From: Ignavibacteria bacterium
Lineage (GTDB): Bacteria; Bacteroidota; Ignavibacteria; Tepidaquicellales; OLB5
Direction of reading: 5' to 3'
Length of the DNA: 64,000 bases
NCBI GenBank assembly: GCA_030835025.1
Contig: JAUQWS010000134.1
Location: 2,110 to 66,109, forward strand
Shown here: positions 17,443 through 26,248 of the stretch, one piece after another
How the letters are laid out: each line of letters opens with the position of its first letter
Position numbering within the stretch: the stretch's first letter is position 1
Notes under the pieces: model-generated
What the model was told of the DNA's origin: nothing
What the model saw: the letters and a program-made list of their open reading frames with translations, nothing else
Database searches by the model: none
Translations under genes and position numbers: made by a program

Positions 17443-18438
17443 TTATTTTTTTCTTTTGATGGCTTTTTTTACTGCTTCTACTATATGCCTTTTAGATAGC
17501 CCATACTTCTCAAATAGCTCCGAACCTTTACCGGATTCGCCGAACGTGTCCTTTGCTCCGATAAATTCTACCGGTGCAGGGTATTCCTGTGCTAGGACTT
17601 CTGCAACTGCCCCGCCCAGTCCGCCTTTGATCTGGTGGTCTTCGGCAGTTACTATGCAGCCGGTGTTTTTTGCTGCACTTACAATAGCATTACTATCAAT
17701 TGGCTTAATTGTATGCATATTCACAACTCTGACCATTATCTTCTCCTCAGCAAGCAGCTCTGCAGCAAGGAGACTTTCCCATACCATCAGACCGCTCGCA
17801 ATAATAGCGCAATCACTGCCTTCAAGCAAAGTATCAGCCTTGCCGAATTCAAAAGGAGCATTTGGGTTAGTGAAGTTGGGCGAATTATCTCTGTAAAACC
17901 TAATGTAAAACGGCCCGTCAATTTCTGATGCCTTGATTACCGCTCTGTATGTCTGGTTATAATCAGCTGGAGTAATTACATTCATATGCGGCAGCACACG
18001 CATTAAGGCAACATCTTCGAGTGATTGATGAGTGGCCCCGTCAGGACCGACTGTAAACCCGCAGTGTGAAGCGCATATCTTAACATTCATTACACTGTAT
18101 GCAATGGATTGCCTTATCTGGTCAAACGGCCTGCCTGTTGCAAACTCACCGTATGCCGAAGCGAACGGTATTTTGCCAACAACAGCCAGCCCTGCTGCTA
18201 CACCCATCATATCCTGTTCAGATATACCGACGGAAAAAAACCTGTCGGGAAAGGCATCACGGAACAGGTCTGTTCTTACTGAACCGCTTACATCACCGCC
18301 GAGCACTACAACGTTGGGATTGGTTTTCCCAAGCTCAACAAGAGCTTCGCCAAAACCTCTCCTTGATTCCTTAAGCTCAGGATTTTTCATGTCAAGGTTT
18401 TCAACAAGGTAATTCTCAAACTTATGTATGAAATTCAT
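17443..18438 (-). CDS. Transketolase, C-terminal (pyrimidine-binding + C-terminal domain) subunit
   Basis: 331 aa. Contains GISEQDMMGVAAGLA and the C-terminal domain. Pairs with the N-terminal subunit at 18931-19821. Confidence 0.9.
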   Translation of the reverse strand: MNFIHKFENYLVENLDMKNPELKESRRGFGEALVELGKTNPNVVVLGGDVSGSVRTDLFRDAFPDRFFSVGISEQDMMGVAAGLAVVGKIPFASAYGEFATGRPFDQIRQSIAYSVMNVKICASHCGFTVGPDGATHQSLEDVALMRVLPHMNVITPADYNQTYRAVIKASEIDGPFYIRFYRDNSPNFTNPNAPFEFGKADTLLEGSDCAIIASGLMVWESLLAAELLAEEKIMVRVVNMHTIKPIDSNAIVSAAKNTGCIVTAEDHQIKGGLGGAVAEVLAQEYPAPVEFIGAKDTFGESGKGSELFEKYGLSKRHIVEAVKKAIKRKK

Positions 18439-18451
18439 TTATATATTTAAT

Positions 18452-18934
18452 TTAATTGCAGTCTTTTACAGTTTCTCTGTACTTGAATACGGGTTTCTTT
18501 TCAGATTTTGGAATTTTGACTATGGTAAACGGAGCTGTAAGCATATCAACGGTCATACAGTTCTTCCCGGGTTTGGTTTCGTTAACTTCGACATTCAGTC
18601 CCTTTGCAGATTCTGTGATCGAATCAATGTTCACCAGAAATCCTCCGGAATTCCTTGTCCCGATAAATACAGCTATCAGATTATGTTTTTTGAAATCAAC
18701 CTCGGGAATTCTTGGCATCTGGTCAAGATTTTTATAAACATCAGCCATAAGCTTCTGGTAATCTGCATCATTATCGATCTTCAATTCCCTTTTTTCAGAT
18801 ATTGCTGAATAAGTACCGTCCAGAATTACTTCAAATGAAATTTTCTCTCTTTCGCTTCCTGCATCAGAACAGGAAACTAAAGCAGAGGCAATAAAGAAAA
18901 TCATTATGTATGAAAAAGATTTTAGCATTTTCAT
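18452..18934 (-). CDS. PrcB-C-domain-like lipoprotein
   Basis: Signal peptide and lipobox (ALVSCSD). FIGTRNSGGFLVNIDSI resembles the PrcB_C core (G..SGGY.i.I). Its ATG overlaps the upstream transketolase stop (ATGA). Confidence 0.5.
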   Translation of the reverse strand: MKMLKSFSYIMIFFIASALVSCSDAGSEREKISFEVILDGTYSAISEKRELKIDNDADYQKLMADVYKNLDQMPRIPEVDFKKHNLIAVFIGTRNSGGFLVNIDSITESAKGLNVEVNETKPGKNCMTVDMLTAPFTIVKIPKSEKKPVFKYRETVKDCN

Positions 18935-19821
18935 TTTCCTCCGTAGTAATCTACAAAGTCCCCGAATTTCGTCGGGTTAAGTTCACCAAGGGCAATTTTC
19001 CCCTGGTCGTCATTCGGCGGCACTCCGTGCCACTTATAATTGTCTTCCATAAATGATACCCCCTTGCCCATCTTGGTGTACGCAATTATGACAGAAGGTT
19101 TCCCCTTGACTTTCCCTGTCTTATCTATAGTTTCCATGATCTCTTTCATGTTATGGCCGTCAATTTCAAAGACCTCAAATCCAAAAGCTTTCCATTTATC
19201 AGCCAGAGGCTCCAGTTTCATAACATTTTCCGTCCTGTTATCTATCTGGCAGTGATTCCTGTCAACTATAACGGTCAGATTATCGGCATTATGATGCGCA
19301 GCTGTCATAGCAGCTTCCCACATTTGACCTTCATCAAGCTCGCCGTCTCCCGCCATACAGAATACCCTGTTCGGTTTTCCTGAAAGCTTCAGGCCTATTG
19401 CAGCACCTGCGGCAATGGAAAGTCCCTGCCCAAGCGCACCTGATGCAATTTCAACTCCCGGCAGGCCGTGAGTCTTTAACGGAGCCGGGTGTCCCTGCAG
19501 TCTTCCGTTCACCTTTCTTAGTGTTTTCAGCTCATCCAGAGGGAAATAACCTCTTCTTGCAAGGGTTGCATACCAAACCGGAGCAACGTGGCCTATTGAA
19601 AGGAAGAAATAATCCCTTTGTTCATTGTACGGATCTTCGGGAATCAGGTTCAGCCTGTTGAAGTATAATGCAGCAAAAATATCAGCAAGCCCTAAGGGTC
19701 CGCCTGAATGCCCGGACTTGGAAATAAGAAGCATATTCATAATATCTCTTCTTATCTGTCTTGCCATTTCGTCAAGCTCGTTTGTATCTGTAAAAACAGG
19801 GTTCTTTAGATTTGGAAACAT
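18931..19821 (-). CDS. Transketolase, N-terminal (thiamine-diphosphate-binding) subunit
   Basis: 296 aa. Motifs SGHSGGPLG and GDGELDEGQMWEA. Confidence 0.9.
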   Translation of the reverse strand: MFPNLKNPVFTDTNELDEMARQIRRDIMNMLLISKSGHSGGPLGLADIFAALYFNRLNLIPEDPYNEQRDYFFLSIGHVAPVWYATLARRGYFPLDELKTLRKVNGRLQGHPAPLKTHGLPGVEIASGALGQGLSIAAGAAIGLKLSGKPNRVFCMAGDGELDEGQMWEAAMTAAHHNADNLTVIVDRNHCQIDNRTENVMKLEPLADKWKAFGFEVFEIDGHNMKEIMETIDKTGKVKGKPSVIIAYTKMGKGVSFMEDNYKWHGVPPNDDQGKIALGELNPTKFGDFVDYYGGK

Positions 19822-19829
19822 TTGATTTG

Positions 19830-20465
19830 TTAAAATTTGTGAGAAATATCTTTCTTGAAAACTTCTGTGTGACGTGACAAAATTACTACTGTAATTATGA
19901 TAGAAAATATTGTAAAATAACTCAACGCGAATCCTTTACCGGATGAACCAACCACAAGAAAATCAAAAAGGTTTATCAGCAGAACATATAAAGGAAGGCT
20001 GAACGTTGCAATGGTATTTGAGATAAGTACTTTCTTTTTTATAAGAAAGACCAGAAGCCAGACTATTCCCCAGCCGATGACCACAAAATAATTCAGCATC
20101 AGGAAAATCCCTGCCCCCGGAGCCAGACCCCTGCCGCCTTTAAAGCGGAGCCACACCGGGTAATTGTGCCCCAATATTATCCCGCTTGCACCAAGTGGAG
20201 CGTAAAAATAATCAAGCGAAATGACATAGAGGATCAAATAAACCGGCACCAGTCCTTTTAGTAGATCCAGTAATAATACTGCTATACCTATTGTTTTTGA
20301 TTTTGTAACTGTAAAGGAGTTCAGAGTACCCACATTTCCCGAGCCCTCTTTAGTGATATCTTTGCTGGTTTTTGCTTTAACAAAGATATATGCAGTTGGT
20401 ATTGAGCCGATCAAATAACAAAGAACAAAAACTACTATACTTTTAAAAACAGAAATTTCGGACAT
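19830..20465 (-). CDS. plsY: Glycerol-3-phosphate acyltransferase PlsY
   Basis: 211 aa, polytopic. Motifs GSGNVGTLN and FKGGRG. Confidence 0.9.
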   Translation of the reverse strand: MSEISVFKSIVVFVLCYLIGSIPTAYIFVKAKTSKDITKEGSGNVGTLNSFTVTKSKTIGIAVLLLDLLKGLVPVYLILYVISLDYFYAPLGASGIILGHNYPVWLRFKGGRGLAPGAGIFLMLNYFVVIGWGIVWLLVFLIKKKVLISNTIATFSLPLYVLLINLFDFLVVGSSGKGFALSYFTIFSIIITVVILSRHTEVFKKDISHKF

Positions 20466-21484
20466 TAAAATTGTTCAAGAAACCTTACATCATTCTGGTA
20501 CAGCATTCTTATATCAGTAATTCCGTGTTTCATCATTGCAATACGCTCCACGCCGATTCCGAATGCATAGCCGGAATATTCTTCAGGATCAATTCCAACT
20601 GCTTTAAACACATACGGATCAACCATTCCGCACCCGCCGATCTCCAGCCAGCCGGTTTCCTTGCAGGTTTTGCAGCCTTTTCCGCCGCAAATGAAGCAGG
20701 AAACATCTACCTGTCCCGAGGGTTCTGTAAACGGGAAAAAACTAGGGATGAACCTTGTCCTGGTATCAGCGCCGTAAAACTTCCTGAAGAAATAACCCAA
20801 AACACTCTTAAGGTCGCGCATAGATACGTGCTTATCAACATACAGCCCTTCGATCTGATGAAACATAAAGTAATTCTTATATGTCACTGTCTCATTTCTG
20901 AAAACTTTTCCGGGGCTGACAATCCTCAGCGGCGGCTTGTTAGCCATCATAGTTCTTATCTGAACTGGGGATGTATGAGTCCGCAGGACATACTTCTTTT
21001 CCTTATCATACTTATTCTGCACATAAAATGTATCCTGCATATCGCGTGCCGGGTGGTACTCGGGAGTGTTAAGAGCATCAAAGTTGTAGAACTCCTCTTC
21101 AAGCTCGGGTCCCTGGGTTACCTTAAATCCGATCTCGCGGAATATCTTAACCATTTCCCTGAGAGTCTGGGTAATTATATGCGAAGTACCTATGGAAAAC
21201 GTTCTGCCCGGAAGCGTGTAATCAGCGTCTTCCTTTACCGACAGGCTTTCTTCCAGAAATGCCTTCCTGCTGTTGTATATGCCTTCGGCAAGTCTTTTAA
21301 CCTCGTTCAGCTTTTTGCCAACAAGAGGTTTTTCTTCTTTGCTTACGTTTTTCAGTTCTTCGAAAAGTTTCGGCAGCAGACCGTTGCGCGATAAATACTT
21401 AAGCCTGAAGCTTTCCAGTTCATCTTCGACGGTTATACTGAAGGAATTGATCTCCTGCTCTATTTCGCTGAGTTGTTTCAGCAT
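20465..21484 (-). CDS. pheS: Phenylalanine--tRNA ligase alpha subunit
   Basis: 339 aa. Class II motifs HPARDMQDTFY, FRNE, GFAFGIGVERI. Confidence 0.95.
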   Translation of the reverse strand: MLKQLSEIEQEINSFSITVEDELESFRLKYLSRNGLLPKLFEELKNVSKEEKPLVGKKLNEVKRLAEGIYNSRKAFLEESLSVKEDADYTLPGRTFSIGTSHIITQTLREMVKIFREIGFKVTQGPELEEEFYNFDALNTPEYHPARDMQDTFYVQNKYDKEKKYVLRTHTSPVQIRTMMANKPPLRIVSPGKVFRNETVTYKNYFMFHQIEGLYVDKHVSMRDLKSVLGYFFRKFYGADTRTRFIPSFFPFTEPSGQVDVSCFICGGKGCKTCKETGWLEIGGCGMVDPYVFKAVGIDPEEYSGYAFGIGVERIAMMKHGITDIRMLYQNDVRFLEQF

Positions 21485-21496
21485 AATCTGTTACTT

Positions 21497-21844
21497 TTAG
21501 CTAAGTGCAAATTTTACAACTTCACCAAATGCAGCCGGATTATCGTAGGCAAGCTGAGCAAGCACTTTCCTGTTGATATCGATGTTCTTTTTGTGAAGCG
21601 CACCAATAAGCTTTGAGTACGTTGTATTGTTCTCTCTTGCCGCAGCGTTTATCCTGACAGTCCAGATATTGCGCATAACCCTCTTCTTTAGCTTTCTGCC
21701 GGAATAAGCATGCTGACCTGCTTTTTCTACACTGTGCTTTGCAACCGTTGTAACTTTACTTCTTCTGCCCCAGTAGCCCTTGGCTTTGGATAACATTCTC
21801 TTCCGTCTTTTCCTGGAAGCTACTGAATTTACTGAGCGTGGCAT
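21497..21844 (-). CDS. rplT: 50S ribosomal protein L20
   Basis: 115 aa; [16 protein letters not shown]... Confidence 0.97.
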   Translation of the reverse strand: MPRSVNSVASRKRRKRMLSKAKGYWGRRSKVTTVAKHSVEKAGQHAYSGRKLKKRVMRNIWTVRINAAARENNTTYSKLIGALHKKNIDINRKVLAQLAYDNPAAFGEVVKFALS

Positions 21845-21893
21845 ATTGTTTTATCTCCTTATATTTACTTTTTACTTTTACAGTGATGAATAT

Positions 21894-22088
21894 CTATGCA
21901 AGAAGCATTCTTCTTACACGTTTTGCATCAGCATCCGAAACAATCGCATCGTGCCTAAGCTGGCGGATTCTTTTGGCTGATTTCTTGGTCAGGATGTGTC
22001 TTTTAAGAGAATGTTTTCTCTTCACTTTTCCCGATGCGGTAACTTTAAAGGTCTTTGCAGCTCCGCGGTTTGATTTCATTTTTGGCAT
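21894..22088 (-). CDS. rpmI: 50S ribosomal protein L35
   Basis: 64 aa; [24 protein letters not shown]. Confidence 0.95.
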   Translation of the reverse strand: MPKMKSNRGAAKTFKVTASGKVKRKHSLKRHILTKKSAKRIRQLRHDAIVSDADAKRVRRMLLA

Positions 22089-22112
22089 TTGTGGATCCTT
22101 GCTTTCTTTATG

Positions 22113-22688
22113 TTAATTTTCTATTGCTGCTTTTTGCTTTTCCATGCTCTTCTTCTTGTCGTCTATCTTCTTCTTATCGGGTATAAGCATTGCTGTCAGG
22201 TAGCGTCCCTCCATTTTGGGAGGCTGCTCTATTTTACCCACTTCCTCAAGCTTCTCAAGTATTTCATCCATAAGCTTGCGCCCGATATCCTGGTGAACCA
22301 TCATGCGACCGATGAAAATGATAGTAGCTTTCACCTTATGCCCCTGCATAAGGAAATCTATCAGGTGGCGGCATTTGAATTCCATATCATGGGTATCCGT
22401 ATTTGGATGAAAACGGATCTCCTTAAGCTGAGTAGAACTTTTGCTCTTTTTCTGCTCTTTTTCTTTTTTCTGCTTCTCGTAATTGTATTTACCGAAATCA
22501 CCGATCCTGCAAACAGGCGGTTTGGCGTTCGGTGATACCTCTATCAGGTCAAGGCCTTTTGATCGTGCCATCTTCAGTGCTTCCTGAGTAGGCTTTACTC
22601 CGGCCTGGTCGCCGTTTTCATCTATAACTCTAACCTCGGGAACGCGTATCTGTTCGTTGATCCTGGTTTTAATCTTTCTTTCTTTAAT
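22113..22688 (-). CDS. infC: Translation initiation factor IF-3, with ATT start codon
   Basis: The track ORF (from ATG 22571) lacks the N-domain. In-frame upstream translation gives IKERKIKTRINEQIRVPEVRVIDENGDQAGV..., starting at ATT (22688-22686), 6 nt after AAGGAG (22700-22695). Confidence 0.9.
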   Translation of the reverse strand: MKERKIKTRINEQIRVPEVRVIDENGDQAGVKPTQEALKMARSKGLDLIEVSPNAKPPVCRIGDFGKYNYEKQKKEKEQKKSKSSTQLKEIRFHPNTDTHDMEFKCRHLIDFLMQGHKVKATIIFIGRMMVHQDIGRKLMDEILEKLEEVGKIEQPPKMEGRYLTAMLIPDKKKIDDKKKSMEKQKAAIEN

Positions 22689-22705
22689 AGATAACTCCTT
22701 ATAAT

Positions 22706-24652
22706 TTATTGTGGATTTATACTCTTTGTATCTCTTTCGGTTAACATTGTTTTAATGAACTCATCAAGGATGAATGAACCAAGGTCGCCCTTTTTATGAG
22801 CTCGCACTGTGATGCTTTGATTCTGCTTCTCTTTATCGCCGAGCACAAGCATATAGGGGACCTTCCTGGTCTCCCAGTCACGGATCTTGTATCCCATCTT
22901 TTCGCGCCTGTCGTCAAGCTCAACTCTCAATCCAGCTTTCTTTATCTTATCCTGCACTTCTTTAGCGTAATCAAGCTGGTTATCAGTAATCGGAATTATA
23001 GCAGCCTGTACGGGAGCCAGCCAAAGCGGGAAAGCTCCTGCGTAATGCTCTATCAGAATTCCGAAGAATCTTTCCATTGAACCAAGCAGCGCGCGGTGAA
23101 CCATAAACGGCTGGTGCTCTTTTCCGTCTTCTCCGATGTATTTCATATCAAACCTCATCGGCATGTTGAAATCGAACTGTATAGTGCTAAGCTGCCACTC
23201 CCTGCCAAGAGCATCTTTGATCTTTATATCAATTTTGGGTCCGTAGAATGCGCCGCCGCCTTCATCAACCTCGTAGCTCAAGCCTTCATGTTTTAGAGCA
23301 CTGATAAGAGAATCAGTTGCCTTGACCCATAATTCGTCTTCACCAACAGCATCAACCGGCTTGGTAGATAAATAGTAATTCAGGATATCAAATCCCAGCG
23401 AAGCAAAAATAGACTTTGCAAATCTGATTACTTCTATTATTTCTGATTCTATCTGTTCATGCGTGCAGAATATATGAGCGTCATCCTGAGTGAATCCCCT
23501 GACTCTCAACAACCCATGCAGCACTCCGCTTTTTTCATAGCGGTAAACCGTACCAAGCTCTGCCCATCTTAAAGGAAGGTCTTTATAGCTCCTTAAATGG
23601 GTTTTGTATATCATTATATGGAACGGACAGTTCATGGGCTTCATGTAATACTGCTGCTCATCAACTGTCATTGGTGCATACATACTCTCCTTATAGAAAC
23701 CAAGGTGGCCGCTGGTTTCCCAAAGCCAGCTTTTACCCATATGCGGAGTGTAAAGCAATTCGTAACCGCCTTCAAGGTGTGCCTTGCGCCAGAAATCCTC
23801 AAGCTGCATCCTGATTATAGCGCCGTTGGGATGCCAGTAAACAAGCCCCGCGCCGGCTTCTTCGTGTGTGCTGTAAAGATCAAGCTGTTTGCCTATCTTA
23901 CGGTGGTCACGCTTTTCAGCCTCTTCCAGGAATTTTAGATAATTATCAAGATCCTTCTTCTTTGGAAAAGATATGCCGTAAATGCGCTGAAGCTGCTGGC
24001 GTCCTGAATCACCGCGCCAATATGACCCCGATACATTAAGAAGCTTAACATTTTTCAGCTTTGAAGTAGTAGGCATATGTGGACCGCGACAAAGATCAGT
24101 AAATCCCCCCTGATGATAAAGCGAAACAACATCTTCATTCTTTGCTATATCCTCAAGTATTTCCACCTTATACGGGTCTACCCTTTTCTTTCTAAAATAC
24201 TCGATAGCATCTATCCTCTTGAGTTCTTCGCGAACTGTTTTCAAGTCCCGTTTTGCTATCTCAAGCATCTTATCTTCTATCTTTTTGAGGTCTTCTTCGG
24301 TAAATCTATGCTCTGAATCAACGTCATAATAGAAACCATGCTCAATCGGTGGACCCACACCGAACTTTGCGCCGGGGAAAAGCTCTTCAATAGCCTGCGC
24401 CATAATATGGCTGGTTGTATGCCAATACACTTTCTTTCCGTCTTCATCTTCAAACTTGAAGAATTTTACGGCTGCATCTTCGCTGATGGGCATCACAAGA
24501 TCAACAAGCTTGCCGTTGACTTCTGCAACAAGCACATCCTCTGCGAGTCCTTTGCTGATAGAAGCAGCAATATCAGCTGAAGTCACTCCTTTGGGGAATT
24601 CCTTCACACTTCCGTCAGGGAAAGTAATAATTATGTTTCCGTTGTTAGCCAA
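22706..24652 (-). CDS. thrS: Threonine--tRNA ligase (TTG start)
   Basis: 648 aa with TGS, editing, class II core and anticodon-binding domains. Motifs HRKIG, FRYE, GTIERF-like. Confidence 0.97.
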   Translation of the reverse strand: MANNGNIIITFPDGSVKEFPKGVTSADIAASISKGLAEDVLVAEVNGKLVDLVMPISEDAAVKFFKFEDEDGKKVYWHTTSHIMAQAIEELFPGAKFGVGPPIEHGFYYDVDSEHRFTEEDLKKIEDKMLEIAKRDLKTVREELKRIDAIEYFRKKRVDPYKVEILEDIAKNEDVVSLYHQGGFTDLCRGPHMPTTSKLKNVKLLNVSGSYWRGDSGRQQLQRIYGISFPKKKDLDNYLKFLEEAEKRDHRKIGKQLDLYSTHEEAGAGLVYWHPNGAIIRMQLEDFWRKAHLEGGYELLYTPHMGKSWLWETSGHLGFYKESMYAPMTVDEQQYYMKPMNCPFHIMIYKTHLRSYKDLPLRWAELGTVYRYEKSGVLHGLLRVRGFTQDDAHIFCTHEQIESEIIEVIRFAKSIFASLGFDILNYYLSTKPVDAVGEDELWVKATDSLISALKHEGLSYEVDEGGGAFYGPKIDIKIKDALGREWQLSTIQFDFNMPMRFDMKYIGEDGKEHQPFMVHRALLGSMERFFGILIEHYAGAFPLWLAPVQAAIIPITDNQLDYAKEVQDKIKKAGLRVELDDRREKMGYKIRDWETRKVPYMLVLGDKEKQNQSITVRAHKKGDLGSFILDEFIKTMLTERDTKSINPQ

Positions 24653-24654
24653 AT

Positions 24655-25833
24655 TTACTTTAACTCGTAATATTTTCTTATCTTGTCAATATCTTTTGCA
24701 ATAGTCCCTCTGTTCACTGATGAATTCACATAATCATCAAATACGTACTGGTTATCCAGAGAGTAATCGTTTTCCCTGAGATTGGACTCAAAGAAACTAA
24801 GTGCTTCGCGCTCATCTGAACGCATTGATTCTGATGTAGATTCAGCTGTGTCTGATTTAGCCCTTACACCTGCCTTAACGAAGTTCATCAAATGAGTGAA
24901 CTGCCTTATAACCTGGTCATTAAGATAAACGCCGGCTTTTCTTCCTGTAACCAGGTCTTCGCTTATCACTTCGTTGCACCTTGCTATCAATCCTTCGCGT
25001 TTATTTTCATCTATCTTGTTGAGACCTGCAATATCTGTAAATACACCCTTTATCTTGTTGTAGTAAGATTCTCCCATTACTATCTTAACATCCGTAAGCT
25101 TAGTGAACAGCAGATTCCACTGGTCGGCAGCACGTGATCCGATTTTGTTTTCTACTTTCTTTTCGCCCTGTATCAAAAGATTAGTACCTATGACTTTCTG
25201 GGGATCCTGCGGAATAACATAGCTCACATCAACCGGATTGCCGAGATAGAAAATTCCGGGACGGGTTGAGACATTCCTCTGCAGAACTTCTGCAGTTGTC
25301 AAAAGGCTTGCATTCGGCTTATTAACCTCGGGTGAAGAAGCAAGGTACTTATATGCCTGTTCCATCTGCCCGTACATTGAGGAGCTTGTGTAAACATAGC
25401 CAGTGCTTAGCTGGTTCATCATGGTTTCATCGCCAACGCTCATGTTGGAGTAACCTTCCATTTTAATGGAGATCAGCCCGCCGTTATTGGCAACGTTGAA
25501 CAGAGCCGGCACCAGTATGATATTATTTTTCTTTGCGGTAAAATTTATTGCCCAGTAATCATCATTATAGGTCTTGATGTTATTTATCATCAAATCATCT
25601 TTGTAGAAGAACTTGATAAGTTTCTCGGGTCCGATAGTTATGGTGACAATTATAACAAAATTATGCTCACGGAACTCATCATCATTTGTGTTGAGCACAA
25701 GGTCTTTGAACGTTATTGTGAACGGGTCATAAATATTAACAATATCCCTCTGCGAATAGATCTGCGAAAATGTATTTGCAGAAAGTATCAGGAACAAAAA
25801 TAAAACCGGTAATTTGCTGATAAGATTTTTCAT
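24655..25833 (-). CDS. Hypothetical secreted protein (392 aa), no family recognised
   Basis: Signal peptide (LFLILSANTFSQ). SD-like AAGGGGAG upstream. Its stop lies 2 nt before the thrS TTG. Confidence 0.6.
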   Translation of the reverse strand: MKNLISKLPVLFLFLILSANTFSQIYSQRDIVNIYDPFTITFKDLVLNTNDDEFREHNFVIIVTITIGPEKLIKFFYKDDLMINNIKTYNDDYWAINFTAKKNNIILVPALFNVANNGGLISIKMEGYSNMSVGDETMMNQLSTGYVYTSSSMYGQMEQAYKYLASSPEVNKPNASLLTTAEVLQRNVSTRPGIFYLGNPVDVSYVIPQDPQKVIGTNLLIQGEKKVENKIGSRAADQWNLLFTKLTDVKIVMGESYYNKIKGVFTDIAGLNKIDENKREGLIARCNEVISEDLVTGRKAGVYLNDQVIRQFTHLMNFVKAGVRAKSDTAESTSESMRSDEREALSFFESNLRENDYSLDNQYVFDDYVNSSVNRGTIAKDIDKIRKYYELK

Positions 25834-25867
25834 ATTCTCCCCTTATTATTAATTTTTTTGGCTACGT

Positions 25868-25941
25868 GGGCGGTACTGGATTCGAACCGGTGACCTCCAC
25901 GATGTCAACGTGGCGCTCTAACCAACTGAGCTAACCGCCCT
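25868..25941 (-). tRNA. tRNA-Val (anticodon GAC)
   Basis: Hand-folded cloverleaf: acceptor GGGCGGT/ACCGCCC, anticodon arm CCACG-TTGACAT-CGTGG, T-loop TTCGAAT. One C-A mismatch in the T stem; no encoded CCA. Confidence 0.85.
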
Positions 25942-26248
25942 AAATAATTACAAATTATGAATTAGAAAATTACGAATTCCAACTGATTAATTTCAGTCAG
26001 AATATACAAAGCAAAACGGATATTTTAACAAAACTCACTTATTGTGAGCGGAATTTTGTACAAATTTCCTGACTTTAAATATGAAATAAAACAGAAATTT
26101 CCTGTTTTGGAACTGATCTTAGCAGCCAGGCGGGCTAAGAAGCATTCTCTTTGTTAGGTTACAAATTTAGTGAAAATTTGGGGGAATTTCAAGGATGTGT
26201 AATGCGACTTCTCTAAAATGAGCTGATTATTCTATTATTTGCAGTTAT

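Noticed and set aside
20471-21394. 307-aa plus-strand ORF antisense to pheS, the longest of many antisense ORFs. Others include 14681-15193 opposite nuoI, 62542-63168 opposite acs, 9087-9593 opposite nnr and 22089-22535 opposite infC.
   Set aside because: It is in the codon-aligned antisense register, where stops arise only from sense TTA/CTA/TCA codons. pheS simply avoids those codons. The translation is low-complexity and Cys/Phe-rich with no recognisable domain. The sense-strand genes are unambiguous.
26030-26065. TATTGTGAGCGGAATTTTGTACAA shares 12 nt (ATTGTGAGCGGA) with the E. coli lac O1 operator, with a nearby CTCAC..GTGAG inverted repeat.
   Set aside because: There is no LacI-family gene or sugar operon nearby, and the symmetry does not match LacI-type operators. 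This is most likely chance similarity in the tRNA-Val/purB intergenic region.
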